A DNA stretch of 64,000 nucleotides from Tepidisphaera sp. (GTDB lineage Bacteria > Planctomycetota > Phycisphaerae > Phycisphaerales > UBA1924), in assembly GCA_050916045.1 (NCBI GenBank), contig CP051526.1, forward strand, positions 3,392,001 through 3,456,000, read 5' to 3'. The notes below the pieces were generated by a model that did not search any database, was not told the DNA's origin, and saw nothing but the letters and a program-made list of their open reading frames with translations. Positions 56,171 to 64,000 of this stretch are shown here, in pieces; within the stretch, counting starts at the first letter, position 1; each line of letters starts with the position of its first letter. The position numbers and the translations under genes are program-made.

Positions 56171-56200
56171 AGAGCCCCGCGCGTGCGCGGGGCTCTTTTG
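56171..56200 (+). terminator. Intrinsic terminator after fbaB
   Basis: AGAGCCCCGCGC/GCGCGGGGCTCT stem followed by TTTG. Confidence 0.8.
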
Positions 56201-56227
56201 CTTGTGCGCACGTGGTAGACTCCAGCG

Positions 56228-56989
56228 ATGCCACCCACCACTCAACGAGTACGCGTTCTTGTCGGAAAGGACTCGGCCAGCGGCAGCCTCGTCCCGATCA
56301 AGCCGCGGATCACCGCCCACGCCGAGTGTGTCGCTTGGATCGACGATTCCAAGGAACTGCGACGAGAGCCGCTCACGGTCGAGATCTCCGTGCCCAGGGA
56401 GCAGTATGGCAAGGTCTGCGGGATGCTCGCATTCTTCCATGCCGCGGAAGTCACCGGCCGGCTCACGCGCCGCGGAAGCAAACACGTCTTCAAGGCGACA
56501 GACGTCAAGCCACGCTCGTTGAACGCCGCGTTCAAACGCGTGCTCGAGGAGATCCGCCCTCTCCCAGTCATCGAGGATGAGTCCTTCGGCAAGCTGAAGT
56601 TCAACTCGCTTTTGAACCTGTACACCAAGCGGGTCCGTTTCGGGGGCGAGCCCATCCCGCTCGAGATTGAGGCGTACTCGCGGGACGAAGCGGCGGGGAA
56701 CCTCGTCACCGCGAAGGTGATCCTGAAGGACTCGGCAAAGTGGGCGGCGTGGGTGAAGAAGTTCATCGCGACGACGCTCCTCAAGGAGACCAACGCGACG
56801 TGGCGAGAAGACATGAAGCCGCTGACGGCGGCTCAGCTCGCGAAGCAGGTCTCGCTCCGGAGCATCACGGTGTGCGAGAAGCACATCGCGCTGTACCTCA
56901 CGGCCAAGGGTGAACTCTACGGGGGACATCACGTGCAGCTCTTTGTCTCCGACCGCATGAAGCTCCTCGGCATGGACTTCATCGGCTGA
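56228..56989 (+). CDS. Hypothetical protein, C-terminus DUF2262-like
   Basis: FGKLKFN..W..LL...N.TW..PLT..L.SI.V..GELYGGH.V pattern. Confidence 0.55.
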   Translation: MPPTTQRVRVLVGKDSASGSLVPIKPRITAHAECVAWIDDSKELRREPLTVEISVPREQYGKVCGMLAFFHAAEVTGRLTRRGSKHVFKATDVKPRSLNAAFKRVLEEIRPLPVIEDESFGKLKFNSLLNLYTKRVRFGGEPIPLEIEAYSRDEAAGNLVTAKVILKDSAKWAAWVKKFIATTLLKETNATWREDMKPLTAAQLAKQVSLRSITVCEKHIALYLTAKGELYGGHHVQLFVSDRMKLLGMDFIG

Positions 56990-57017
56990 CGGGCGAACGT
57001 GCACAGACCACCCGTCG

Positions 57018-58280
57018 TCACCCTCCCGCTTTGAACGACACGATCGGCTTGAGCGTTCGCGTGACGCGGACCAGATCCCGCTGGGCTTCCATCACCTCGC
57101 GGAGATCGCGGTAGACGGCGGGGGCTTCGTCGCGGAGGGAGCGGGACTTGGTGGTGTCGAAAGCGACACCCGCCATCTGCTGGTGGAGGTCGTCGGCGGT
57201 GACGAGCGACTTGGCTTCGGAGCGGGAGAAGACGCGGCCGGCGCCGTGGGAACTGGAAGCCATGGAGCGGGCTTCGCCGCGGCCTTCGACGTGGACGCTC
57301 ATCGTGCCCGCCGAGCCGGGGATGAGACCCGTGAAGCCCGCGTGGGCGGGAGCGGCTCCCTTGCGGTGCACGATCAGCGGTTTGCTATCGTGCGACTCCT
57401 CGCGGATGAAGTTGTGCGGAGCGTCCAGGACGCCGGCCCAATCCGGCCGCCCGCCGAGGGCGCTCGCGACCGCTTTCGCCGCGACGGCGAGCAGGAGCAT
57501 CCGATTGGCTCGCGCATACGCGACGCCCCACGCTTGATCGTGCAGATAGTCTGTCCCCGCCACCGACGAAGCACGGAGGCCGGTGAGCGAAGCACGCACG
57601 CCGTCCCGCTGTGCTTCACGGGTGTAGTGGCGAGCGATCGCCTGACCCATGAACCGCGAGCCGCTATGAACCATGATCCACACGCGGCCCGCTTCATCAT
57701 GCTGCACCTCGACGAAGTGGTTACCGCGGCCGAGACTGCCGAGCTGCGTCACGCCCTCCCCGCTCGCGAGCTTGCGGAGCGAAGCGTCGGCGAGGTCGCT
57801 CGCATCGGGCGCGATGAACCTCGGTGGAGCCGCATCCTGCCCGCGGCGGCGCATCACGATGTCGATCGACCTGCTCAGTTCGCGGAGGATCTCCGCTCGC
57901 TCGGCGTGTCCGGGCACGGCGACGTCCGTCATCGCGAGCGTGGACATGCCGCAGCCGATATCGCCGCCGATGGCTTGGGGATAGACGACCTCGTCTGTGC
58001 CGAGGACGGTGCCGACACAGACATCCGCCGAGGGATGAACATCGGGCATGACCGCCATTCGTGCGAGGCTCGGCAAGCTTTGGAGCTTGGTGAGGATCTG
58101 GGCGGCTTTGAAGTCCAGGCTGTCGACGAGCCACATCTGAATGCGGCTGTCGGCGCGGAGCGCGTGCTCGAGGGAGGAGGGCGTTCCGATGCGGCGACGC
58201 TTGGCTTCCCGGCGTTCGCGTCGGGGCAGCATGGGATCCTCGAGCGGATCCGTTTCGGGGTTGAAGTCGATCTTTTTCAT
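57018..58280 (-). CDS. rtcB: RtcB family RNA 2',3'-cyclic-phosphate/5'-OH ligase
   Basis: MPDVH, GDIGCG, LGSLGRGNHFVE, HSGSR, HN, HRKGA, SHGAGR, DEAP..Y. ATG overlaps the upstream TGA (ATGA). Alternative start at 58232. Confidence 0.93.
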   Translation of the reverse strand: MKKIDFNPETDPLEDPMLPRRERREAKRRRIGTPSSLEHALRADSRIQMWLVDSLDFKAAQILTKLQSLPSLARMAVMPDVHPSADVCVGTVLGTDEVVYPQAIGGDIGCGMSTLAMTDVAVPGHAERAEILRELSRSIDIVMRRRGQDAAPPRFIAPDASDLADASLRKLASGEGVTQLGSLGRGNHFVEVQHDEAGRVWIMVHSGSRFMGQAIARHYTREAQRDGVRASLTGLRASSVAGTDYLHDQAWGVAYARANRMLLLAVAAKAVASALGGRPDWAGVLDAPHNFIREESHDSKPLIVHRKGAAPAHAGFTGLIPGSAGTMSVHVEGRGEARSMASSSHGAGRVFSRSEAKSLVTADDLHQQMAGVAFDTTKSRSLRDEAPAVYRDLREVMEAQRDLVRVTRTLKPIVSFKAGG

Positions 58281-58750
58281 CGGTCGAGTCCTTGTTCGTG
58301 TCTTTCTTCATCCGCGCGGATGGGCGGGTCATCCGACTGCAGTCCATCAATCAGCATCAAGGTGAGCGTGGGCACGCGTTTGCGAGCCAGCGCCCGCGCG
58401 AGCGAAGCACGAAGCACGCTCGTCACCGTCGCGAGCCACCGAACGAGCCGGTCCGGATCGCGAGCATTCGAAGCCGCTACCCGCACGCGCAGGTGCGAGC
58501 CCGCTCCGATCACCTCCACGTGCACCACGCCAAGCCCGCACGCGATCGCTGGGCCCATCGAGCACAGGTCGCGCTCGATCACGCGAGCCGCGACCTTCGC
58601 GAGCTGGGCATCGCGATAGCTTGGGCGTTCCATCCGTTCGCGGCGTGCTTCGGCACGCTCGCGGAGTTCATCAAGTCTCGGGTCGAGCCCGTCATCTTCT
58701 TCGAGACGGGCGCAGTGATCGCGCACGTCGTTGTTCCGTCGTCTGGCCAT
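58277..58750 (-). CDS. Divergent ribosome-binding factor A (RbfA)-like protein
   Basis: RDAQLAKVAARVI / VVHVEVIGAGSHLRVRV / LRASLARALARKRVPTLTL follows the RbfA helix-strand-strand-helix-LR..P.L.F pattern. GGAGGA RBS. Confidence 0.7.
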   Translation of the reverse strand: MARRRNNDVRDHCARLEEDDGLDPRLDELRERAEARRERMERPSYRDAQLAKVAARVIERDLCSMGPAIACGLGVVHVEVIGAGSHLRVRVAASNARDPDRLVRWLATVTSVLRASLARALARKRVPTLTLMLIDGLQSDDPPIRADEERHEQGLDR

Positions 58751-58932
58751 GGGATCCTCCGGCTCAACGCGAGGAGCGACCGGTCTTTCGGCGGCGAGTG
58801 CACGCGGGAAGCCGCGTGCGAGGCGCGAAACGAGAGCCGGAACGCTTGATCAGCGTTGAGCGAGTGACATCAGTTGTAAATTTGGGTGATGAGGCAGGAT
58901 GAAGCCCGCCGGGTCGGTCGCGAGCGAAAGGC
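58751..58932 (-). promoter_or_regulatory. Structured 5' leader with alternative RBS-sequestering pairings
   Basis: 58758-58765 pairs with 58834-58841 and overlaps the RBS. 58762-58770 alternatively pairs with 58853-58861. Local hairpins at 58841-58857 and 58800-58819. Confidence 0.55.
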
Positions 58933-58983
58933 TCAGGCGACGAACGAGGCGGAGTTCAGGTTCATGGCGTGACGTACAGACAT
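58933..58983 (-). CDS. Putative 16-aa leader peptide MSVRHAMNLNSASFVA
   Basis: AGAAAGGAG RBS 7 nt before the ATG, just downstream of a sigma70 promoter. Confidence 0.6.
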   Translation of the reverse strand: MSVRHAMNLNSASFVA

Positions 58984-59021
58984 GGTCGAACTCCTTTCTG
59001 ACGCGGAGGGCGTCGGACCAA

Positions 59022-59050
59022 ATACTACCTCTTTCGCAGTCTCAATTCAA
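59022..59050 (-). promoter_or_regulatory. Sigma70-type promoter TTGAAT-17-TAGTAT for the leader-rbfA-like-rtcB unit
   Basis: -35 at 59045-59050, -10 at 59022-59027, exact 17-nt spacer. Confidence 0.7.
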
Positions 59051-59056
59051 CGAAAA

Positions 59057-60385
59057 TCACGTGCCGTCTCGCTTTTTCTGCTCCCGGCGGACGTTCTCGA
59101 TCAGTTCCACGAGCGGCATGCGGATCTCGCCCGACCAGTATGAAGACGGGCCGACCGAACGCGCTGCGAGTCCGAGATCGCCTCGGACATGAACCCACAG
59201 GCGCTCGATCACCTCCGGCTTCCACTCGCACGTCTGCGGATCCATCGCTGCGGCGGTGAGCGTGCTCAGATCCGGCGGCCAATCAAGACCGCGACTCCCC
59301 CACCACTCAAGCCTGAACCTCGCGAGCACCTTGTCTCCGTCGACAACTTCGACGACGGTCGCTAGCACCGGTTCGGGGAGTTTGCCCGAGACGTATGTCG
59401 CACGATAGAGCGAATCGAAGATTTTCTGATCGTCAAAGTAGATCAAGAGCCAAGGATCGGTGTTTCGATCGGAAATCCCGACCCAGAGGGCCTCGGCGAT
59501 CAGCTTGTCTATGGCGGGTGAAGTGACCGCGGTCATGACATCCGCTTCTCGATCCGTCACATCGATGTCGATGGTGTGCTTCACGGTCCGACTCGTTCCC
59601 CAGCTGCCTGAGAGCGTCATCTCGAACTCGAAGGCGTGCCGACCGATGGACATCGCGGGGATCTCGACCTCCGACGCTACAGGAGGCGCGTCGTCATTCC
59701 AGTCTGGTTCGCGGGGGGGATCGTGAATGGAACGCGTGGGCCAGCTGTCGATCGCGGATCGAAGGTGAATCCCGCGTCCATCCGTCGAGCGAAGGTCGAC
59801 CTGCTTGGGGCCGACAAGCGGCCACTTGTCTCGTTCAGGGCTGAGTCGGATCGGCATTGAAACACCCGCGGGCCAGACGTTTCGGACACGCAACCAGCCA
59901 CGTATCTCCTCATCACTGGTTGCCGCAATCTCACGCCGCGCGATGATTGCTTCCTGCCACACCCACATCGACCGCGAACGCAACCAAGCCGCCTGCGCGA
60001 GTTCATGCCCGACTTTCGCTCGTTCGACCGGCGCGATGAAGACGAGGAGCGTCGTCGGGATCCAGCGGGTCCAGGCTTCTCGATTCCCGCCCATGCGCGA
60101 CGTTGCAAGACCGACGTACACGCCCATCAGCACCAGCAGCGAGCCGATCACCAGCCCCCGGCGGTACCGCCGAGTTCGGAAGAGCGCTCGCTCATCGCGA
60201 CCGACCTTTCCGCATTCAGGACACCCGAGCGTCGCGGCCGCAGACATGTCGTACCAGCACCGCGAGCAACGCCGACGTCCCTTGGATGGATCGCCACGCC
60301 ACGCGGCCGCGATGGTGATGAGGCCCGCGAGCCCCAGGGCAATCGTCACACCCAGCCACATGAGCATGTTCGCCTGAAGCGTCAT
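59057..60385 (-). CDS. Membrane protein with zinc-ribbon motif and large soluble C-terminal region
   Basis: TM helix, RRCSRCWYDMSAAATLGCPECG, second TM helix. Confidence 0.7.
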   Translation of the reverse strand: MTLQANMLMWLGVTIALGLAGLITIAAAWRGDPSKGRRRCSRCWYDMSAAATLGCPECGKVGRDERALFRTRRYRRGLVIGSLLVLMGVYVGLATSRMGGNREAWTRWIPTTLLVFIAPVERAKVGHELAQAAWLRSRSMWVWQEAIIARREIAATSDEEIRGWLRVRNVWPAGVSMPIRLSPERDKWPLVGPKQVDLRSTDGRGIHLRSAIDSWPTRSIHDPPREPDWNDDAPPVASEVEIPAMSIGRHAFEFEMTLSGSWGTSRTVKHTIDIDVTDREADVMTAVTSPAIDKLIAEALWVGISDRNTDPWLLIYFDDQKIFDSLYRATYVSGKLPEPVLATVVEVVDGDKVLARFRLEWWGSRGLDWPPDLSTLTAAAMDPQTCEWKPEVIERLWVHVRGDLGLAARSVGPSSYWSGEIRMPLVELIENVRREQKKRDGT

Positions 60386-60521
60386 CGGCCTGTTCCCCCT
60401 TTCCGGCTGCTCAGCGGTGCCTGCTTCCCCGAGTTCGATCCGTCAACCCGGCTCAGCATACCAAGCGAGCTCCGAAACGTTGCGAACAAAGCCCGAAGCC
60501 TCCCGGGCCACCCGAGCCGCC

Positions 60522-60550
60522 TTGACAGGGTCGCCCCCCTCGGTTACGCT
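60522..60550 (+). promoter_or_regulatory. Sigma70-type promoter TTGACA-17-TACGCT
   Basis: Consensus -35 at 60522-60527 and -10 at 60545-60550. Predicted start falls at the riboswitch 5' end. Confidence 0.78.
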
Positions 60551-60557
60551 GCTTTCG

Positions 60558-60783
60558 TTCAAGGTGCCCCGGCTCGCGAATGTCTTGCCGGGGCTGAAAA
60601 GGGAAGTGTGGTACGGAGCCGTGGAAAACACGGGTCCAAACCCACCGCGGACGCGCCGCCGTATTGGGTGCTGATGCGATTCCACGGATGACCGCAAGGT
60701 CATCCAGCCACTGACCGCCGCACTCTCGTGCGGGGTCGGGAAGGCGGAATCGCGGAGCCCAGAGCCGGAAGACCTGCCCTGAA
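60558..60783 (+). promoter_or_regulatory. Cobalamin (B12) riboswitch
   Basis: AGGTGC..AAAAGGGAA..GCCGCCGTA..GCCACTG..GGGAAGG..AGCCGGAAGACCTGCC (B12 box). TTCAAGG/CCCTGAA closing stem. Confidence 0.9.
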
Positions 60784-60976
60784 TGTCGCCGAAGCGAACT
60801 TCGGCGGCGTGCCTGTGCCCTCGCGGGCCCGCGACCACTGACGGTCTCGGGCAAGGGGCTAGCGGGATTCAGTCGCCGGTTCCCCTCGGCGATTTCCCAC
60901 TTTTCCTCGCGAGCGTGCCGGTCCTTCCTTACGGACGGGGCTTGTCCTGCGCGAAACGGGACAGGGAGTCGCGGCT

Positions 60977-61783
60977 TTGGGCCGCATGGGTTTGTGCATG
61001 CGTTTGTGCTTTGCATTGGGTTGGGTCGCCGTGGGCGGGCTGGCGTCGGCGGCTTCGGCGTCAAATCCGTGGGCGGATCGCGTGGTCAGCTACATCGCGG
61101 GCGATGGGGTCGGCGCGGGATATGACAACGCCGCCAACGCGCTGGGTTCGCCGACGCGGGTGAATTTCTTCGGGGACACGGTCACGCCGTTCAACACGCC
61201 GTACTGGGAGACGGACATCGTCACGGTCGGCCGGGGCGGTTCGCTCACGGTCGCGTTCGATGAAGCCGTCGCGGACGACGCGGCCAACCCCTTCGGCGTC
61301 GACCTCATCATCTTCGGCAATCAGTTCTTCATCACGGACGCTCAGGGCCGTGCGACCGGGCTTTTCGATGAGGGCGGCACGATCGAGCTTTCCGCCGACG
61401 GCGTGAACTGGACGGTGCTCACCGGTCTTTCGGCGGAGGGCGGGTTCGCGACCAACGGGTATGTCGACACGCTTGATCTTGAGTTCGGGTCGGATGTCGG
61501 GACGATCGCGACGGACTTCACCAAGCCCGTGGACCCGACTTTCGACCCCTTCGGGCTCACGCGGGCGCAGGTTGTCGCGGGGTACGACGGCTCGGGCGGG
61601 GGCCTGGGGATCGATCTTGCGGCGTGGGGTCTGAGTTCGATCAGCTATGTGCGGATCACGAACGCTCTGAACGCGTCCGGGACGCCGGACATCGATGGTT
61701 TCGCGGATGTGACCGCGGTGCCCGCTCCCGGAGCGGCCGCGTTCATGGTTGTCGGTCTGTGCGTGAGGAGGCGTCGCCGTTGA
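60977..61783 (+). CDS. PEP-CTERM-type sorted surface protein, candidate B12-binding (start 60977, 60986 or 60998)
   Basis: Signal peptide, WADRVVSY..ALG.P..GRGGSLTVAFD..D.IIFGN.F, and a C-terminal VPAPG + hydrophobic + RRRRR sorting signal. Confidence 0.8.
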   Translation: MGRMGLCMRLCFALGWVAVGGLASAASASNPWADRVVSYIAGDGVGAGYDNAANALGSPTRVNFFGDTVTPFNTPYWETDIVTVGRGGSLTVAFDEAVADDAANPFGVDLIIFGNQFFITDAQGRATGLFDEGGTIELSADGVNWTVLTGLSAEGGFATNGYVDTLDLEFGSDVGTIATDFTKPVDPTFDPFGLTRAQVVAGYDGSGGGLGIDLAAWGLSSISYVRITNALNASGTPDIDGFADVTAVPAPGAAAFMVVGLCVRRRRR

Positions 61784-63519
61784 AGAACGAGCGTCTCCAT
61801 CGCGAGATGAGTCAGCTGCCCCCCGGCGTGGGGGTGAGGAGATCGGTTGCCCCTGCGGATTCGCCCCGCTGGTGGAAGAGAGATTGCCGATCAGTGTGCC
61901 GAGCCGTTTGGTCACCACTCCTTGCCCCCACGTCGGCGGCGGCCGCGCTCGCGCTGTGCGCGAGCGCTTCCGCACAGCTCGCTTCGCTCCCGCGCTCGGT
62001 CTGGACGCACCTGGCTTCGACCTCCGACCGCTCGTCCATCTCAAGCGGCGGGACCCTCGCGCTCACGTCTCCTGCATGGGTCGCGTCGAACGATGTCGAC
62101 GGCAAGCCCATCGCGTTCCTGGGACAGTCCTCCCCGGTCGTGACCCGGGACCTTGTGTTCGCCGTCGGCACCATCGACTTCGGCTCGACGGCGTTCCTGT
62201 TCGCGATCGATCGACGAAGCGGCAAGGTCGAGTGGCAAGCTGAGGTGGATCTTCCGGTCGATTCCGGATACGCGACACCCGCGATCGCCGAACGTGAAAG
62301 CACGGTCATCGTGGCGACGGGCACGACCGTTCGCGCGTTCGATCTCTCCACGGGCTCCCCGCGCTGGTGCTGCCCGCTCGGCGTCGACCTGACCAACTCC
62401 TCACCGGTGGTGACGCAGGACTTGTGGGGCGCCAACCGGGTCTTCATCGCGGATGCGGATCCCCTCGGCGTTTCGGGGAAGCTGTACTGCATCAACATCT
62501 CCTCGAAGCTTCCGCCGCGAAACCCCTACGAGCCGGGCGAACTCGTCTGGGCGGTTGAGATCGGCGGCACCTCCGGCAACACGCCGGCGTACGCACGCGG
62601 CCGCGTCTACATCAGCGGGGTCGGCGACTACTTCGCGTTCCCGCCCGTGCCCGCACCGATCCTGTGCTTTGACGCCAGAGCCACCTGCGAGCCCGAACCG
62701 CTCTGGACCTACACCAACACCATCGACCCCGATGCACGCTTCTTCGGCGGCTTGTCGGTCTCCGGCTCAGCCATCTACGCCGCAAGCTACGACTTTGTCG
62801 GCGTTTCCGGCACCTTCAACAACTCCAACCTCGTGAAGCTCGACGCCGACACGGGTGCGCTCATCTGGTCGATCGCGTGCAACCGCACCAACGCGATTCC
62901 AGTCGTGCTCCCACCCAAGCCAGGCCGGACGTTTCCTCGGCTTCTGCTTTCCGCCGGCCTGCGTGATTTTTCCGGCACCATCGCCGCGCTGCAGCTTTAC
63001 GAAGACCGTGGCGCCTCCGCGGCCCGCGTGTGGGATTCGGCGGTCGACACTTGGACCGACCTGGACCACGACGGCCGGCGCGATCCGGGCGAGTATTTCG
63101 ATGCCGGTGCCTGGACGGTGCAGCCCGCCGTCTCTCGCGGCCTTGGCCCGCTGACCGCGTTTGTGGGCACGATTCCCTTCGGCGGCAACAACTCGACCTT
63201 CCCCGCGTGCATCCGGCTTTCCGCGATCAACCTCGACGCCCTGCCCGCTTCCTCGGGGTTCATCCGCCAGCAGTTCCAGGGCGCGGGAAGCTCGCCCGCG
63301 CTCGCCGACGCCAACGTCTACACGATCGGGGCGTCGGGGCTCTTTGCTTTCGGCCCGCTCCCGTACCAGTACGACGTGGATAGCGACGGGCTCGTCAGCA
63401 TGGAAGACCTGATCGCGTGGGAGCAGGGCACGGGCCGTTTGGACGTCAACCTCGACGGGAAAGTCACCGCCGTCGACCGAACCGAACTCATCCTCGAAGT
63501 GCGCCGGGAGGAATGGTGA
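61780..63519 (+). CDS. PQQ-like (BamB-type) beta-propeller protein with C-terminal dockerin/EF-hand pair (start uncertain)
   Basis: AIDRRSGKVEW, AFDLSTGSPRW, KLDADTGALIW repeats and a DVDSDGLV..DVNLDGKV tail. TTG at 61780 overlaps the upstream stop and follows AGGAGG. Confidence 0.75.
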   Translation: MKNERLHREMSQLPPGVGVRRSVAPADSPRWWKRDCRSVCRAVWSPLLAPTSAAAALALCASASAQLASLPRSVWTHLASTSDRSSISSGGTLALTSPAWVASNDVDGKPIAFLGQSSPVVTRDLVFAVGTIDFGSTAFLFAIDRRSGKVEWQAEVDLPVDSGYATPAIAERESTVIVATGTTVRAFDLSTGSPRWCCPLGVDLTNSSPVVTQDLWGANRVFIADADPLGVSGKLYCINISSKLPPRNPYEPGELVWAVEIGGTSGNTPAYARGRVYISGVGDYFAFPPVPAPILCFDARATCEPEPLWTYTNTIDPDARFFGGLSVSGSAIYAASYDFVGVSGTFNNSNLVKLDADTGALIWSIACNRTNAIPVVLPPKPGRTFPRLLLSAGLRDFSGTIAALQLYEDRGASAARVWDSAVDTWTDLDHDGRRDPGEYFDAGAWTVQPAVSRGLGPLTAFVGTIPFGGNNSTFPACIRLSAINLDALPASSGFIRQQFQGAGSSPALADANVYTIGASGLFAFGPLPYQYDVDSDGLVSMEDLIAWEQGTGRLDVNLDGKVTAVDRTELILEVRREEW

Positions 63520-64000
63520 TCCGGCACGCCGTAAAGCCCAGTTCCGCCCGCCGCGCCTTCTCGCTCGTCGAGCTCCTCGTCTGCATCGGCGTGATCTCGG
63601 TGCTCTTGGCGCTGCTGGTGCCCGCGCTCGCCCGGGCTCGCGACTCCGCTCGCCTGGTCCTCTGCGGGTCGTATCTGCACCAGCTCGGCCTGGCGTGGAC
63701 GATGTACGCGAATGACTCCAAAGACCGCGTGATGCCGCTGGCGTACACCTCGCCGGAGGACACCAACGACGGTCCCGCGATCTACTGGTTCGGCGAAGAG
63801 GGCTCTTCCGACCGGCCCGTCAACCACGCCAAGGGCTTCATCGCTCCATACATGGACGCTTCCCTCGGCGAACGCTCCGTCTACGAGTGTCCCTCCCAGC
63901 CGTGGGGCACCTACGCCCCGCAGGGCGCCTCGCGCGAACCCACGACCACCTACGGCTACAACGGGTACTACCTCTCGCCAAGCCGCACGCCCGGCTGGTC
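63513..64000 (+). CDS. Prepilin-type N-terminal cleavage/methylation domain protein (planctomycete DUF1559-like), truncated by the window end
   Basis: MVIRHAVKPSSARRAFSLVELLVCIGVISVLLALLVPALARAR..C.SYLHQLGLAWTMYAND. Overlaps the upstream stop. Confidence 0.88.
   Translation, partial: MVIRHAVKPSSARRAFSLVELLVCIGVISVLLALLVPALARARDSARLVLCGSYLHQLGLAWTMYANDSKDRVMPLAYTSPEDTNDGPAIYWFGEEGSSDRPVNHAKGFIAPYMDASLGERSVYECPSQPWGTYAPQGASREPTTTYGYNGYYLSPSRTPGW

Noticed and set aside
58751..59050. tmRNA, tRNA or Y RNA-like gene upstream of rtcB
   Set aside because: No acceptor stem, T-loop or CCA end was recognised, and the short ORF has its own RBS and ATG, unlike an ssrA tag.

Overview
High-GC chromosomal segment, most likely from a Phycisphaerales planctomycete. 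The evidence is five secreted proteins ending in a 'DFFDY..FE.GC' dockerin-like tail, CxxCxY..CPECG membrane proteins, and PEP-CTERM and prepilin genes. It carries housekeeping genes (argS, leuS, accA, proC, lspA, rpsL, rpsG, fbaB, fahA, a ferredoxin and a dksA-like gene) mixed with accessory genes. No tRNA, rRNA, CRISPR array or transposase was seen. Highlights: (1) a divergent RbfA-like gene translationally coupled to an RtcB RNA ligase. The pair sits behind a clean sigma70-type promoter, an unannotated 16-aa leader peptide and mutually exclusive RBS-sequestering helices, and the two proteins share an N-terminal motif. This is a candidate ribosome-damage-sensing 30S/rRNA repair module. (2) A cobalamin riboswitch heading a PEP-CTERM, beta-propeller-dockerin and pilin-like operon, a candidate non-canonical B12 capture system. 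(3) A perfect (TTTCAAA)9 array ahead of a four-helix-bundle gene, plus a degenerate orphan copy about 40 kb away. (4) A leaderless-mRNA signature on at least 12 genes. (5) Tandem RlaP-type nucleotidyltransferases near a ParDE module. (6) An rpsL-rpsG-only str locus with S12 Arg88. All family calls come from motif recognition by eye, not from database searches.
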